Shown here: piece by piece, positions 26,507 through 41,500 of the stretch
Position numbering within the stretch: position 1 is the stretch's first letter
Layout: each line of letters begins with the position of its first letter
Origin: Trichoplax adhaerens
Lineage: Eukaryota; Animalia; Placozoa
Direction of reading: 5' to 3'
Assembly (NCBI RefSeq): GCF_000150275.1
Contig: NW_002060943.1
Span: forward strand, 8,955,070-9,019,069
DNA: 64,000 nucleotides
Made by a program: the position numbers and the translations under genes
Notes under the pieces: generated by a model
Told to the model about the DNA's origin: nothing
What the model saw: only the letters and a program-made list of their open reading frames with translations
Database searches by the model: none

Positions 26507-29500
26507 ATGTCGCAATCGTTAGCGCTGAGGATTGTCCTCATCCATCTGCATGTGAAACAAATTAAAACAATGAAAGTAAGTGGATCAACATGACTTTATG
26601 AATTTTGCTTCTTGTGTTTTTTTTATCCTTACATCGTATTGAAATGGAATTGAAATCTTGCAAGATTAAGGCACACAAGTCAGGAGAAATTAATATGTGA
26701 TTGATCTTGAATTGTACTAAGTAAAATCTTGACAAATTTTTGCTATGCCTTGCTTTCCATTGAAAAGTCTATAATGGACCTGGTAGTGTGACTCATAATA
26801 CTCTAGTCTTGATACGGCATTATTGTTTGAATGTTTTCTACCTCCTGTCTGGGTAGTACGGTACTATTGGTACGTCCAATCAATGTGATCGTCCATCACC
26901 ACCAAGGCTCTTCTACTTTCCTTCAATACATTACAATTCTGGTGTTAAAGTAAATTGTCTACAGTATTCCAACTGAGCAAGATTCTGGATTTTATTGATG
27001 TCTTCGTACTTGCCATGCTTTCAAATGTATGTTTAGTCATTAGTCTACTCTAGGCTTTTTACAATGTTGGCAAACTTGAGCCATTGAATGGATTTACCCT
27101 ACGTTATCTTACTGTACAGTACTGTATATGCTGTAGTACAATACTGTATTGTAGTGATTGTAAATGAATTACACCAGCAATAAATACGTATAGGATACGC
27201 CATGCTTACAGCTAGAACGTGTTCATGCCATCTAAATGGTTGACCAAACGGCCTACTGGTAAGACCGATTCATTAGAAGAACAGTACTCTTGCTTTATGA
27301 CGGAAATAGCGGATAGGCTATTTGGGGACTAGACCCACTGACGACTGGAAGTACTTTGAGATTGAATGGTAGATGCGCGTGGGTTTTTTGTTCACTAAAT
27401 CCAAAATATGATTTCTAAGGATTCAGTACTCTGAGGAAGGATTCGGATTCGATTTTACCGGATGAGAATCGGATTTCGTAGTGCACAATTCACTTGATCG
27501 CTGCCAGCAGTCGACATTACACCGTAATTAAGACTGAACTGTGCTGTGAACAGCACGGTACGCTGTAGCGACACAGTAGTTGATTGCTGAGCTCTTTAAT
27601 CGGGCCTAATTTTAATTTTGTCCAATACGTAAGATGTGTTTTGACGTAATTGCAAATAGTGTACAGTACAATCAAATCGTAGTTGCTACAATACAGTATT
27701 TGATTCGTGAAATGATAGCGGTAGCATTGTTACCTGGGTAGTTTCTCGTATACTAGCCAGTCCTTTGGTGCGATAGAATAGTCATTTATGTAATAATATT
27801 GTGTGTGGAGCTTTTGCTTCGCATTGTTTTCAAACAGAATCCCGTAGTGTGAGGACCTGATTGGCAGATGATCGATAGAGCTTATGATTAATACGACAGA
27901 ATGACAGCACAGTAGTAATCGATATCGCGTAGTTAGATACCTTCCGCATCTGATAATGACAGCATTATGCGTACACGTACATTGTATACCCGCATACCAT
28001 AGTCCATTGAAAAAGCTGTTAAAGAGGTTAACAACTTGTTTAAATAGCGTTTGACGTTCCTCCCTGTAATTAGGTGTTTCTAATGCTAGTATAGTAAGCA
28101 GTAATAGCGAGAGTACAGATACTGTATAAGTCAGTATAACCCAATGACTATAATGTAATCATATAAATTAATTAATTATAAAAGCCCTCAAGTGACAATT
28201 AAAGGATCATATTTGCTTTTCTATAAATTATTTGAATCAATTTGTTTACGTTAACCTTGACGGACTCACTTTTCAATACAGTGCATGATGTTTCCTGAAC
28301 TTTGTTCCTAAATCGTATCGAAATTTAGGATTTTAAAGTGATCTTGTAGAGGACATAGTATTCTGTGGCTTTATACATCGTTATGTAATTTTAATATTTG
28401 CATTGAAAAAGGTTAAAATGCTAGAGTTGTAATTACTTTATACACACGCAAGTGTTATAGACATTTGTACGAATATAATCGATGAGATTGCATGATTCAG
28501 CCCAACCCAGAGAATCGAATAGCTCTACATTCAGTATTTCACCTAAAATGCCTTATTTCATTCACGAATCCCTAGTTGTGCCACCTCTTGGTAATACAGT
28601 ACTTAAATCTTGCGCTAAACTGTACAGTAGCTGAAGAATATATAATGTGTACAGTACATAGCACATTACTAGGAGATAGTATGCCTTAGCAATTCTAACG
28701 GTGTAAGAGCGTAGTGAGAAGCAGCGGCTAATACCTTTATTCTTTAGTATTCCCTGGAAAGATATTGAACTCGTCTTTGTTTTTATCTATTTTTATGATA
28801 GTTTGACAGCTCATCCATTATTTACGATGTCTGCAAGTCTATTTATGAAAAATTTAGTGATTACAACTTAGGTCCAGGTAAGGAATGTATGTATGTTAGC
28901 CATGTTGTAACTTTTGAAAATTGTAGAAGTGTCTAGATAAGGATAAATTTTTGATAATAATATATTATTACAACTAAAACAATAGATGACAAAGTATAAG
29001 CTGCTTTTGAATACCGTAGCATGTCTAGTAGTAAATTGCGTCGCTATCGAAGGGAGAGACCATCATAGTTAAAAATAGTTATTGTTTCAGTAATAATTTT
29101 TGTGCGTTTAACCAAGGTGTAAATAAACTTGGTTTAAAAGATAGTGAGTGAAATTTTCCATTAGTGTTAACGTAAATTAAGGCTTTTTTGTGATAGATAA
29201 GAAATTATTCTTCTGTACTAAACTCTTACTCTTTATCAATGATTTACTGTGTGTGTAGAAGCTGATTATGGTCTATTCTTAGCGGATGAAGATCCTAAGA
29301 AGGGTATTTGGTTAGATCCTGGCCACGCCCTAGATTTTTACATGCTAAAAAATGGGGTATAGTATTCCGATACAGTATTAGTTTTAACCTATCATGTCAG
29401 GCTATTAAAAGTCTGTATGTTCTGAAAGTGGACAGTGGGTCAAATATTTCTAAAAAAGTTGAATTTTTCATTCAGTGTCAGAGTTTTTATTCATTACTTA

Positions 29501-32500
29501 ATGAAATAATACTGTGTAATCAATCTGAGCAAGTCATGAAAAGCAATCATTGTAATTTTGGATTGCCTTTTTATGAGTAACACTACTATATCCTAAAGAA
29601 TGATTAGGAGCTACCATATATTACGCCTGTAAAACATAACTTCTATTATATAATATTAGCTATAATTGTTAAACTGAATTAATTCAGTAAACGCGTGACT
29701 ATTAATCATGTAAAGATTAATGTAGTAAAGTGATTTATGTATGGTATGGTAATGGTACTGTATACCTAGTATTTGTCATAAACCTTGACGTAGTGAAAAG
29801 TGTTTCAAGAGTTTAAGTTACGTAGGATGTTATATTTGTAGCTGTTCGTAATGACTACATATTTTTTCTTAATCTTTAACTGATTATTTTGGATAATATT
29901 TAAAACAGGATCTAGTCGAGTATAGGCGTAGAATGAGACCCTTGAAAGTAAAAATGTTGGACGGAACAGTCAAGACTGTCATGGTAAGTGGCCGTAAAGA
30001 AACGATGACAATCGACAGGATATTTCACCTTTATTTTGTCACGTCGGTGATTATAAAAAACTCACCGACGGGAATCAATTATTCTCGGATTTGAAAAATA
30101 TATTAGAAGTATTTTCAATAGCATAATAGTTAAATGATTTTTCTCATAATTAGACCGATATATACAGTACGCGTATATTACTGTTATCAACTATAATATG
30201 ACCGTCGATTTGTAATTATAGAGTATATTGGTAATACATATACATGTCGGGAAGTATAATTAAGTTAAATTCTCTCTGCTGTTAGGCTGACGACAGTCAT
30301 CACGTTGGACAATTAATAAAGTCCATTTGCTTAAAATTAGGTTTGGATCTATTTATTTATGTTTTCACAATAATGGAATAGACTAGATAACACGTAAATT
30401 TATTAATATCTGCCTATTACCAGTAACTCCGATAACAAAAATGTCTTAGGGAAAAAAGGAAATAATTTATTACTTGTTATCATCATGTAGGTATTCAAAA
30501 TTCGGATGAGTTTTCCCTTGTTGTAGAAGAAGTCAACGATGAGATATCGAACAAAACTCAAACGAAAGTAGGCAAACAAAAATGGATATTTATCGTTGAT
30601 TTTTCAAGACTATATATACAGTATATAGTACATGTATTTTGATCTTTAAAATCATATAGGATAAAACTATCCAACGAGACCAGAAAAAATTAGATCAACT
30701 TATCAAGAAACTGCATACGGATGATGAATGTACATACAGCTTTCCATTGATTTTCTCAACTATTTGCTTGTTTTGTTGCTTATGCATGATCACGTTTTTC
30801 AGTAAATTGGCTCGCTCATGAGAAAACATTAAGAGAACAAGGAGTTGATGAGTCGCAAACTCTTGTACTTAGGTAATAGAAATTAGACCAATTGTTATCG
30901 GTGTAGAAGTTGACGTATGTTATTTTAAGAAAAAATTTATAATACATTTTTATTTTCATGCTTGTAGACGGCGGTTTTTCTTTGCTGACTCCAACGTCAG
31001 TACTCTAGATCCTGTTCAGTTGAATTTGCTTTATGTACAGGTATAGTGTTTGTGTTGTAATCACATTATTATTATTAGAGATAAATGTTAGCGTGTACAT
31101 CATAATTTATACGAGTAATACAGTATAACAGAAAATTGAATATTATGCAGTGCTATTCATATTATCTACTAATGTCTTTGCTAGACGCGTGATGATATTA
31201 TTAAAGGCACGCATCCGGTAACCTTTGAAGAAGCTTGTACGGTTAGTCCTGTTGTCATTGAGCTTAAAAGCGGTTACCATTTAGCATTTATATTTCGGAT
31301 TAAGTATCATATATGTATCCAACTTTACATATTGTTTTTTTTAACTTTTTTAGTTTGGTGGTCTGCAATGCCAAATTCAAATTGGTAATCACGATCCGTC
31401 AAAGCATAAGCCTGGATACGTAGAGTACGTGTTAACTGATCGTAATCCTTTTTGTCAGATTTAAATTTTTTTACGGAAATTTTTATTAATTCAATAGTTT
31501 AAAACAGTACTTGCCTGCTGAATATGTAAAAATGCGAGGAGCAGAAAGAAAGATACTTTCGGTATTCTAGAAAAGAGCAATTCTTATATTTTGAAATTGA
31601 GCGATGAATTACTATAAAGCCTTCTGTTTGTGATTGTAACCTCCGTATCAATCTACGTAAATAGGAACATGCAGAATTAGGTGGCTTGTCAGAGTTAGAG
31701 GCAAAAGAACAGTACGTCAAGCAATGTCGTGCACTTAAAACCTATGGTGTTACTTTCTTTGTAGTCAAGGTAAGTTCTTGATTTTTGTTTAGTTTTTTGG
31801 CACTATTTGAAGCTAATGCAATGTTTTGCTGATCATATTATATTAGGAAAAGATAAAAGGAAAGAATAAATTAGCTCCACGATTATTAGGTATAACACGA
31901 GACAGCGTTTTGCGAGTAGATGAAAAGACAAAAGAGGTAACTCTTTTTTACTTGAAATATTGTCATCGTTGACCAACTTTATTTATAAAGTTTACATTTA
32001 TTTAGGTTCTAAAGTCATGGCCTCTCACAACCATCAGAAGATGGGCAGCATCAGCGAACAGTTTTACGCTTGTAATAGACAACTTAAATGGCTACCTTGA
32101 CCATATCGGTTATGACTTTGTACCTACTTAGATATGATTATGTTTGCAGGATTTTGGTGATTACTCGGATTCCTTCTATTCCGTACAAACAAAAGAAGGA
32201 GAGCAAATTTCTCAATTAATAGCCGGATATATTGATATTATTATAAAAAAGGTAAGTTTCAATCGCCACCTGAACTGATGTATGATAATAAATCTTTACG
32301 AAGGCAGAGTAGTTGATACTTCCTTACTACCTGTACATTCAGAGGAGAGTTGAAGGCCGTCAGTTAGACTTTGATGAAGAAGGCGCAGTAATGGAGGATT
32401 CTGTATCTCCGGCTAGGTACTGTTCGTAAATCATTTATAATTAAATTTTTAAAATTAATAAACCAATGACAGTTTTGGGCTATACGTGTTTATTCACATC

Positions 32501-35500
32501 GTTTAGTGCAACAGTAATTCAACAAAGGCAGGGGAACTCCGCTCATTCTGAATCTCAAAGTGTCTCAGTTCCTGGTATTGTTGGGCAAGGCGGACAAGGT
32601 AATGCGTTGTCATCATGGATGTTATGCTAAATTGTTATGAGCACTTTATACGAAAACGCCCTTTCTTAATTTACGATAGCTCCGCAAAGTCTTATTATGG
32701 GCTCAGTTCAGCAAAATGCGCATATATCTTCCAAAGAAAAACATGCACATCAATTACATGCGCCGTCCGGGGTAAATACTGTTATTAATAGGACGGAAAC
32801 CTGGAATCCAACTTACAGTAATATCTTGGATATATCCATTAATTTTACAGGGTCCGCAATCGGTTATGATGGGCAGTAGACAGAGTCCAAAAGCAGCCTT
32901 TTTAAGTAATATTTCGGCTGGTTTCATGGCAGCATCTGCCACAACTGCAGCATTAGATGAGCCAGCCGAGTTGCCAGATCTTGGTTCAGATCCGGCATCT
33001 TTACAGTGGAAGCGTAATACCCTTCACATATCTCAAGAAAATGTCAGAGCAAACATAGCTGCAATTAATGGATCCGCTGCTGCAATAATACTGTTAACAT
33101 CAAGTTAGTTACATTTAGACTGGCATTCTGCAAATTATTAATATCTAAATTTTATTGGTTAACATTAACATTTTAGATCCTGATAAAGAAATTGATTATA
33201 CAGCCATTGGCTCTTCCGTAACAACCATTTCGTCAAATATGAATGATATGGCCAAAAGAATAAAAATGATTGCCGCTTTGCAAGACGATGAGTACAGTGT
33301 TGACTTGATTACAGCAACTAAAGAGTTAGCTTCTGCATTTGTAAAACTGCTAAAATCAAGTCAACCAGAGAGTATGGAATCGCGGCAGAGTTTGTTGGAG
33401 GCAGCTAATGATGCCGGAATTCATAGTAAAAGGATCCTAACGTATATGGGGGATAAGACCTTAAACGAGCAATTTCATGTACGTAGCATTTCAGCTTGGT
33501 AGTAATAGTAACGCATGTATCTTTATCAAAAATTTTCAATGTTCTAGGAGGATCTCCTTAACGCCGCTAAAGCTGTAGCGTTGGCTACTACTACTTTAAT
33601 GAAGCAAGCGAAGAATGTTGCGTCCAATTCTAACGACCCGTCTCTTCAAGATACCGTAATCATCACTGCTAAGAATGGAGCCATTTCTTCATCGCAGCTT
33701 GTAACCTGTGTCAAAATTCTTAGTCCCACATTGGATTCCCTACTTTGTCAGGAGCAACTTTTTGATGCTGGTCAAAATGTGATTAAAGCTATAAATAACG
33801 TTGTTGCTGCTTGCAAGGTAATTCATTTCGGATTATATTATAACAATATCTTATTTAGATGTGATATTACAAATAAAAACTACACGTAACCAGTTCATTT
33901 TAGAAAAGGACTGTATATCTTCTTATTTAGAATGAAAGCGTAGACGAAGATTTACAGGAAGATGTTGACGAGGCAGCTAACCAAGTTAAAATCGCTATTG
34001 ATAACCTTAATAACTTTGTAAAGGGAAACTTATCAAGCAGTAATGAAATAAGCAAATACGATGGAATTTGTGACGTGATATTAGATGCCAGCGAGAAATT
34101 GTTTAATAGCGTTGGTAACGCTGTAGAAATGATAAAACAAGCTAAGATGATGGCCCAGGTATCGTAGCTAAGCTTTCTGAAGATTGTTTTGCACGAAATT
34201 GAGGCTATTAACTCCCGTAACATTGTTTAATAGGGTGCGTCTGATCTCGTAAATTCTATCAAACTGGAGGCAACAGAAGAACAATACGAAGGGGACAGAC
34301 AGAAATCGTTGCTTTCTGCAGCACGCATGGTTTCGGATGCAACTGGTCAAATGGTTGCTGCCGCTAAAGTATGATTTATTATTCTTGGTCTTCTGTGTTA
34401 GATGATTTTCGTTTTAAATCGTAAAATTTTTTAGGCTTGTACGCAAAGACCAAATGATCCAGTATTACAGCAAGAACTTAAAAGAACTGCTGAAAATTTG
34501 AGATATTCCGTAAATGCAGCTTCAGGAAATGCCCTTATAAGAAAACGAATATTCGATCTAGAAGTTAGTATTAAAGTCAATAAAAAAGTAACGAGTTACG
34601 GGTATTATTAATAACTTTTATTAATAAATAAATGTAAAGATTGCCGCAAAGCAGTTGGCGATATCTACAATGCAGCTAATTGCTGCAGCTCATGGAGTTT
34701 CTACGTCCAATAGAAATGAGAATTCACAGAAAGATCTTGAGGCTAAGTGCAAGGTTTGCATTTTACTTTTAATACCTTTTCGATTTAATATTTAGAGTTA
34801 TTTGTCGTATGATAATTAATTTATTACCAAATTGAACAGAGTACTGGCGATAGCTGTGCTAAGCTTATTGAAGGTTACAATAATAGTGCTGCTAATCCGA
34901 ATAAAACTGGATATTTACTAGCCCTTATTAGTGCCAGTGAAGAAATGATACAAGTATGTCTAACTTCGATGGAAATTTCTATTAAGCAATGCTTACATCA
35001 TTTCTAAGTTTTATTGTCCTAAAAATTAGCCTGCAAGTGACCTCATTACATCAGCAAGATCAGCTAATCCGCATGTAAATAATATGGCTGCCGCTAATCA
35101 GTTGTCAGCTTTTACGAAAGCCACTGTTACTGCATTGAATGATCTCAAAACAGCTTGTAATAAGGTACACCACTAAAATTCTTACAAGTACCTTCAAGCT
35201 ACTATGGCTAGGTAGTTTTGGTATGATCTACGGTATATTTTCAAACTGTACGATTCTTTTGGTATATTCTTTGTTAAGGCCTCCGAAGTTTGTGGATCGG
35301 TTGAAATGGATACCACCTTAGAAGTTGTTGATTCCTTAATTGAAGACCTAGCAGCTATCAGAGTAGCTGTAGATGCGAAGAAATTATTACCGCTACCTGG
35401 AGAGTCGGTAAGTGTAGATCTATGTAATTGTATTCAATCATTCGTACCAGGTTATACGTGACAATTTTATTAATCTATTTCTTTAATTAGCTGGAAGCAT

Positions 35501-38500
35501 GTACAATGGAATTAGGCGCTACCTGTAAATCCCTAGGATCTGCGATGGCACAATTAATAACAGCTGCTACACAAGTAAACCTTGGTTTATCTTATTTTAA
35601 GTTAAAGTTAGTTTAGTTCTTTTCAACTGTAATTCATCTGATATGTTCATATACAGGGGAACGAAAGCTATACAGGTTTGGCTGGACGTGATATGACCAA
35701 TTTACTACGTGCATTAACCGGATCGGTGCGAGGAGTTGCAGCAGGATCCGATGACGTTATTGAACAAGCAAAGATTATTAATAATGCTGATGAAGTATTA
35801 AGGAAGTCGAATACACTTTTAAGTAACGCAAAACTTCTTGCCTTGAACCCTGGCGACCCGAACCTAAAAACATTACTGCATGAGGTGCGAGTCTTAACCT
35901 CGATGAAAGCTTTGCATCGTGTTTCTGTTGCATACACTAGTGTTATTTATAAAATTGTTTATAATTTGCTATACATATACCGTAAAAATATTTGCACTGA
36001 TGTCTATCTGAACTGAATGACGTTAAATTAATGAAGGCTGCTAAGGATATGGCCAGTGCTTTAACTAAGTGCATTGACTGTTTACCTGGTCAAAATGACG
36101 TCAACACTGCTATTGATTCTATTCGTGACTCTTCCAATTCTTTAAAGGCCAATGTAAGACCCATTTTATCAGTAAAGGGAATTTCACAGCTAATTGCTCT
36201 TCTAACTTGAGTCTATTTTAGCTATCAAGGGATAGAAGCCTTCAAGACTGCCAAAATAAATTATCCACAATGGCGGCAAGTCTCAACGTACTCGCTAATG
36301 AAGTAGTTAAAGTATCGACAAATTCTTCCCAGGAACTTCCCGATTCAGCTAAGAAATTTGCAGCAATGCATAGCCGACTACTATCTACGGGTTCAGACGT
36401 AGCAGGACATTTTGACGTGAGACTTTATTTTGGTGTAAGTGTCATTCTTGTTGTTGCTATGTATGTATATTGATACTACTTTGTGCAATTGTAGGATAAT
36501 TTAGAGCAAGATAAAATTGTTGGAAATTTAAGAAACATTTCTAAGTCCTCCATAAATCTGCTATCAACTGCAAAGTTGCACTCTATGAACCCTTCTGCAC
36601 CGAATATTAGAAACGAATTAACCGCAGCTGTTAGGTAAAGTTTTCTACGATTACATTCATAATAATCTTGTAGAATTCATAAGATGATTGATTATGCAAT
36701 AAAAAAACAATTTACTTCTATGTATTTGACTACTATAGGGCTGTTGCGGAAGGTATCAATAAGCTAATCGATTCATGCACAAAGGTATCATCACTTGGTG
36801 CTAAGGAATGTGAGAGGGGATTAAGAAGGATTCAGGTAAGTACTTACAAGATTTCAGTGTAGCTTTAATTATGTTTGCTATATTCATTTCGCTAAAGTTA
36901 CTCAAGGAAGAATTCAACATCTATAGGTAATGGCCGGTGTCATTGACAGCCCTAAAGAACCCGTAACAGATGCATCTTACTTTGCTTGTCTTGAAACTGT
37001 TGTCGAAAAGTCGAAACTGTTGGGAGAGACTATGTCTTCTGTCAATAACCATGCTAAGAAATCCGAAGAACCTGAATTTATTAATGCTGTCAAGATGTCT
37101 GTGGATCTCATGTGCATACTACTTGAAGCAGCTGCACAGGTATGTACCGTATTTGTGATAACGTTTATATTAAATTTAAGATCTCAATGTTTTTCTCTAT
37201 GTAAGAATAAATGTTTATATTTATTTGATTATACTGTAGGCTGCATACCTAGTTGCAATCTCTGATCCAAGCAGTATTGCTGGCAAGCCTGGATTAATAG
37301 ATCAAGCATACTTTGCCAGGCTTAAACAAGCAATCATTCAAGCAACTGATACTGTTGCCAAAACAGATAGTACTTCGGAAGAATTATTAGTAGCAGCTAC
37401 TGAAATTGCGAAAAATTCTACTTTACTTTGCACGGCATGCAAAGAAGTCTCTGTAAAAACAAGCAATCCAGTAGCTAAAAGACAATTTGTACTCTCAGCT
37501 AAAGATGTTGCTAATGGAACAGGAAACGTTGTTCGAAGTATCAGAGTATGTATAGATTATTGCTTTAAATGTTCGAAAATAACCTCAGCAATTTTAGTCA
37601 ATTATGTATGATGACTAAGTATCTTTTACAGATTTAATAAGCTTACTATTTGATCTTATATAGAATCTTGCTGCTGCGTACTCAAATGATGCGAAAGAAA
37701 CGTGTATTGCGGCAACTAGACCATTGGTAGAGGCTGTGGAATCTCTAATATTATATGCATCGTCTCCTGAGTTCGCCTCTGTTCCTGCTAAAATCAATAC
37801 AAAAGTATGTTCACGAATAACACTTATGAGTAAGCCAATACATATAAATTGTAATCTATCTATCATTAATTATCTTTCTATCTGTAGGCTCAGGAAGCCC
37901 AGGTACCCATAGTTACTGCCGGTAAAGTGATTGTATCTACTGGTAGCACTTTATTTAGTGCAGCGAGAGACCTAATGTTTGACGGTGAGGACAATACCCA
38001 GCCTTCAAAACTTTCTGGCCACATCAAAGGCGTTCTTTCTGCTATAAAACAATTGGTAGCAGCAATTAAGTAAGTCAACTCATCGATAATGGTATAGTGT
38101 TACTAAGCGTAGTAATTTTTAGAGCGTGGATTTAATTAAATTACGGTACACTTGATAGAGAAAAAGCCCCAGGACAGCAGGAAATTAGTCTAGCACTTGA
38201 TCAGATCAATCGATGTATAACAGCAATTAATCAGAATGCCTTACTGGCTATCAGTGGCATGTTATCGCCTCAGGAAGATGCTACACTTCAGGTGAAATGC
38301 AACAGATATATAACATTTAGGTTTTGTATTGGGTATATCTTAACTAAAATGAAATCTCGTTAGGCTCTGCAAGATCGGATGACTGGGTTAGTCAATGAAA
38401 TGCTATACTCTGTTGATGGCTTGGCTACAGCTGCTAAAGGAGAACCTGAAAAATTGGGTCACCAGGTAACATGTAGTACTTGCTTTTGACACTTTAAAGG

Positions 38501-41500
38501 AAATCGTTCTCATACTGTACACATTGTCATAGGTCGCAGCCTTTACCAATTTTATTGAGCCTTTAACAAACGCTGCCATTGGAGCGGCATCAGTAATGAA
38601 TAATCAATCACAACAAAGGAATTTGCTAGATCAAACTAAGACCGTTACTGAAGCTCTCTATAGCTTGATGTCGGCGGCAAAAGAAGCCGGAGGAAACGTC
38701 AAGGTTTGTACATTTGTGAAATATCGTATTAAAATCCGTTTTTAAGGTTCTTACTGATACATAAGTTAATATGTGTTAGTGATTTTATAACATATCAGAC
38801 GCTATATTATTACAACTCTATGATTACGTAGATTATACTTTAACTAATGCCGTTTTGCTTTATAAAGGCTACCATCCAACATGAACATGTTAACGAATCC
38901 AGAAGCGAAGTTTGCGATGCCTTAAACGATCTAAGAAAGACTCTTGAAAAAGCTAGTAGTAATGCAAGCGTCATAAAGCAGTATATTGAAAATATTAATA
39001 AAGCAATGGAAAAAGTATGTAACATCATTAAAATGTACTCTGATAAAATAAATGATGCGCTGTAATTTTAATTATTTGTTATTATTTGTGCAGGCATCAA
39101 ATATTGTTGAAGCCAAGCCAGAGCACTCTTTTGTGGATTATCAAACACGAATTGCTCGAACTGCTAAGGCTATAGCTACTTGTAGTCAGGACATGGTATG
39201 GCTTTTTTCTCTTATCATGTAGAATTCTTGCGCCGTTTTACTATTATCAACAATGATTTATTAGGTTGGAAAATCGGCTACCAATCCGCAAGATCTTATT
39301 CCTCTTACCGGAAATTTAGCCAAGAGTTATATATCTTTGGCTGATGATACACGATGCGCTGTCGTGACGATTGGAAATGCAGAGGTATACTATCACTGCA
39401 TCTAGACTCACAAATAGACGATAGCTCATAACTCACTCATCGTGTAGTGAAATCCATGTTAAGGTATACAATTCATAAAATGTAGGTATCGACAAGAATA
39501 AAAACCTCAGTTTATGAAGTGGGAAAATCTTCATTAGCGCTTACCAAGTTATGTGGACTTGTGGAGTCTGATCCTGATGATCAATCCTTAAAAAGAAAAC
39601 TAGCTGACAGTGCTAGAAGTTTAGCTGAGAATGTTAGCACTAAAGTTATTAAAGTTGACTTTCATGTTTTTCCTTTCACTTAAATTACGACATTCTTTAC
39701 ATTCAATAGGTTTCCTATTTAATGGCTGCAATGCAATCGGGATCAAGAGGTACCCAGGCATGTATTGATGGTTGTACTATACTTTCTGGTTTAATTGGTG
39801 ACCTGAGTACATACAGCATGTTTGCCTCTGCTGGGACGCTCGAAAGTGAAGTTGAAAATGATTCTTTTGTAAATTACCGGTACGTGACATCTAAGTTCGT
39901 TCAGTTGATAGAAATCTTTTCTACGTCTCTTATCATAATGCTATTGACATTTCGTAAACAGAGATGAAATCTTACTGGCCGCAAAATCTTTGGCTGAAGA
40001 TTGCTCAAAACTGACTGCCAGCTCGTCGTTTACGCAGGAGCAGCTTGCAGATGATATTCATAAAATTATTGATCGAATATCCTGTCTTAGCAACAGTATT
40101 AAACTAGGAGCGTCTGCCCTCCCAGTAGCTGAATTGGATACTCAAGTTGGTGCTCATAAGTTATCAATTTATGGCTTAAGCAATTATTACTTAGTTCAAA
40201 TTCGTTGATAATTTACTGTATAGAAATCTTTTATAACAATGTAGGTTATGCTCTTAAACAGCGCTATGGATGTAGCAGTTGCTTTAAATAATCTCCTAAA
40301 TGCGACCAAAAGTGCATCTGGAAAGCCAGATTCAGATCCTAGTTTCGCGGAATTGAAAACGAATGCAAAGGTATCTTCAAAAAAACTGTTTCTCTGATAC
40401 AATTTTCAAAAAAAGAAAATCGCATTTGAAATGATGGATGTATCATTTCGATTTGCAACCTCTAGAGTCTCGTAGAATCAGTATCGTCTTTAATTAAAAC
40501 GGTGACGACTGTTGGAACATCCTCAGCGCGAGGCCTAAGAGCCCTAGAATCAACAATAAATGCAATTAGCCACGAATTGAAGGTATTTTAGATGCTGTCT
40601 ACTTTATATCCAAAATTTTGATAATGAAAATTTAAAGTTTTATTATTGGGATTGATTGATTAGTCAATCGACAAACCACCTGAAAATTCAGAGAGAAAAG
40701 TGACTCCGGAAGATTTAATCCGTAGTACTAAAGGAATTACCGTCGCCACTGCTAGGGCTGTTGCTTGTGGCAATTCTGGTAAACAAGAGGATATTCTTGC
40801 GGCTGCGAATGCTGGTCGACAAGCTGTATTCAATATGATTGAAATGGTCAAGGTTAATATGAATATAAACTGAGTGTATTGTTTATGAAGAACCTCCTTT
40901 CATTTAAGAGAGGTAATGAATTTTTGTTCGTATATCGCAGCTTGCCGCACTCGAATGTAATTTGGATGTTAAAACGGATCTCATAAGTTCATGTCAAGAT
41001 TGCGTGAACTACTTCTTGAAATTATTGCAGTCTTTATCGCAGGTAAGTGTTGTTGCTACTTTATTTATATTGCAATAGGTAAATAGTATAATATTAATTA
41101 TTTTCTGTACGAACGTAAATGATTTAGACATTAGAGAATCCAACAACTGAACGAAAACAAAGTTTACCACTACAATCAAGATATGTTGCCTCAGCTGTTA
41201 GTGAATTAGTTAGAATCGCTCGCGAATTGAAAGGTTAGCATTGTTTGATAATGTTAATGTAATGTATTATGTACTAAAGCTAAACGATACGTAACATAAT
41301 GTTTACAACAGGAAATGATTATGTGGATCCTGAAGATCCAGCTACTATGGCCGAAAATGAGCTTTTAAATGCTGCGGCTTCAATCGAAATGGCTGCTAAA
41401 AAGCTGGAAAAATTGAAGCCAAGACAGATGAAAAATGTGAAGTGCTAGATGGTTTTAAACATATTAAATGGAATATATAAATTGATTGTAGTATTTTACT

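Noticed and set aside
29107-29139. Small hairpin TTTAACCAAG...CTTGGTTTAAA
   Set aside because: Short, imperfect and AT-rich; expected by chance.
32697-33108. Apparent frameshift in talin between two overlapping ORFs
   Set aside because: Resolved by a normal GT-AG intron at 32772-32850.
31499-40851. Numerous minus-strand ORFs within talin
   Set aside because: Antisense shadows of talin exons with no independent motifs.
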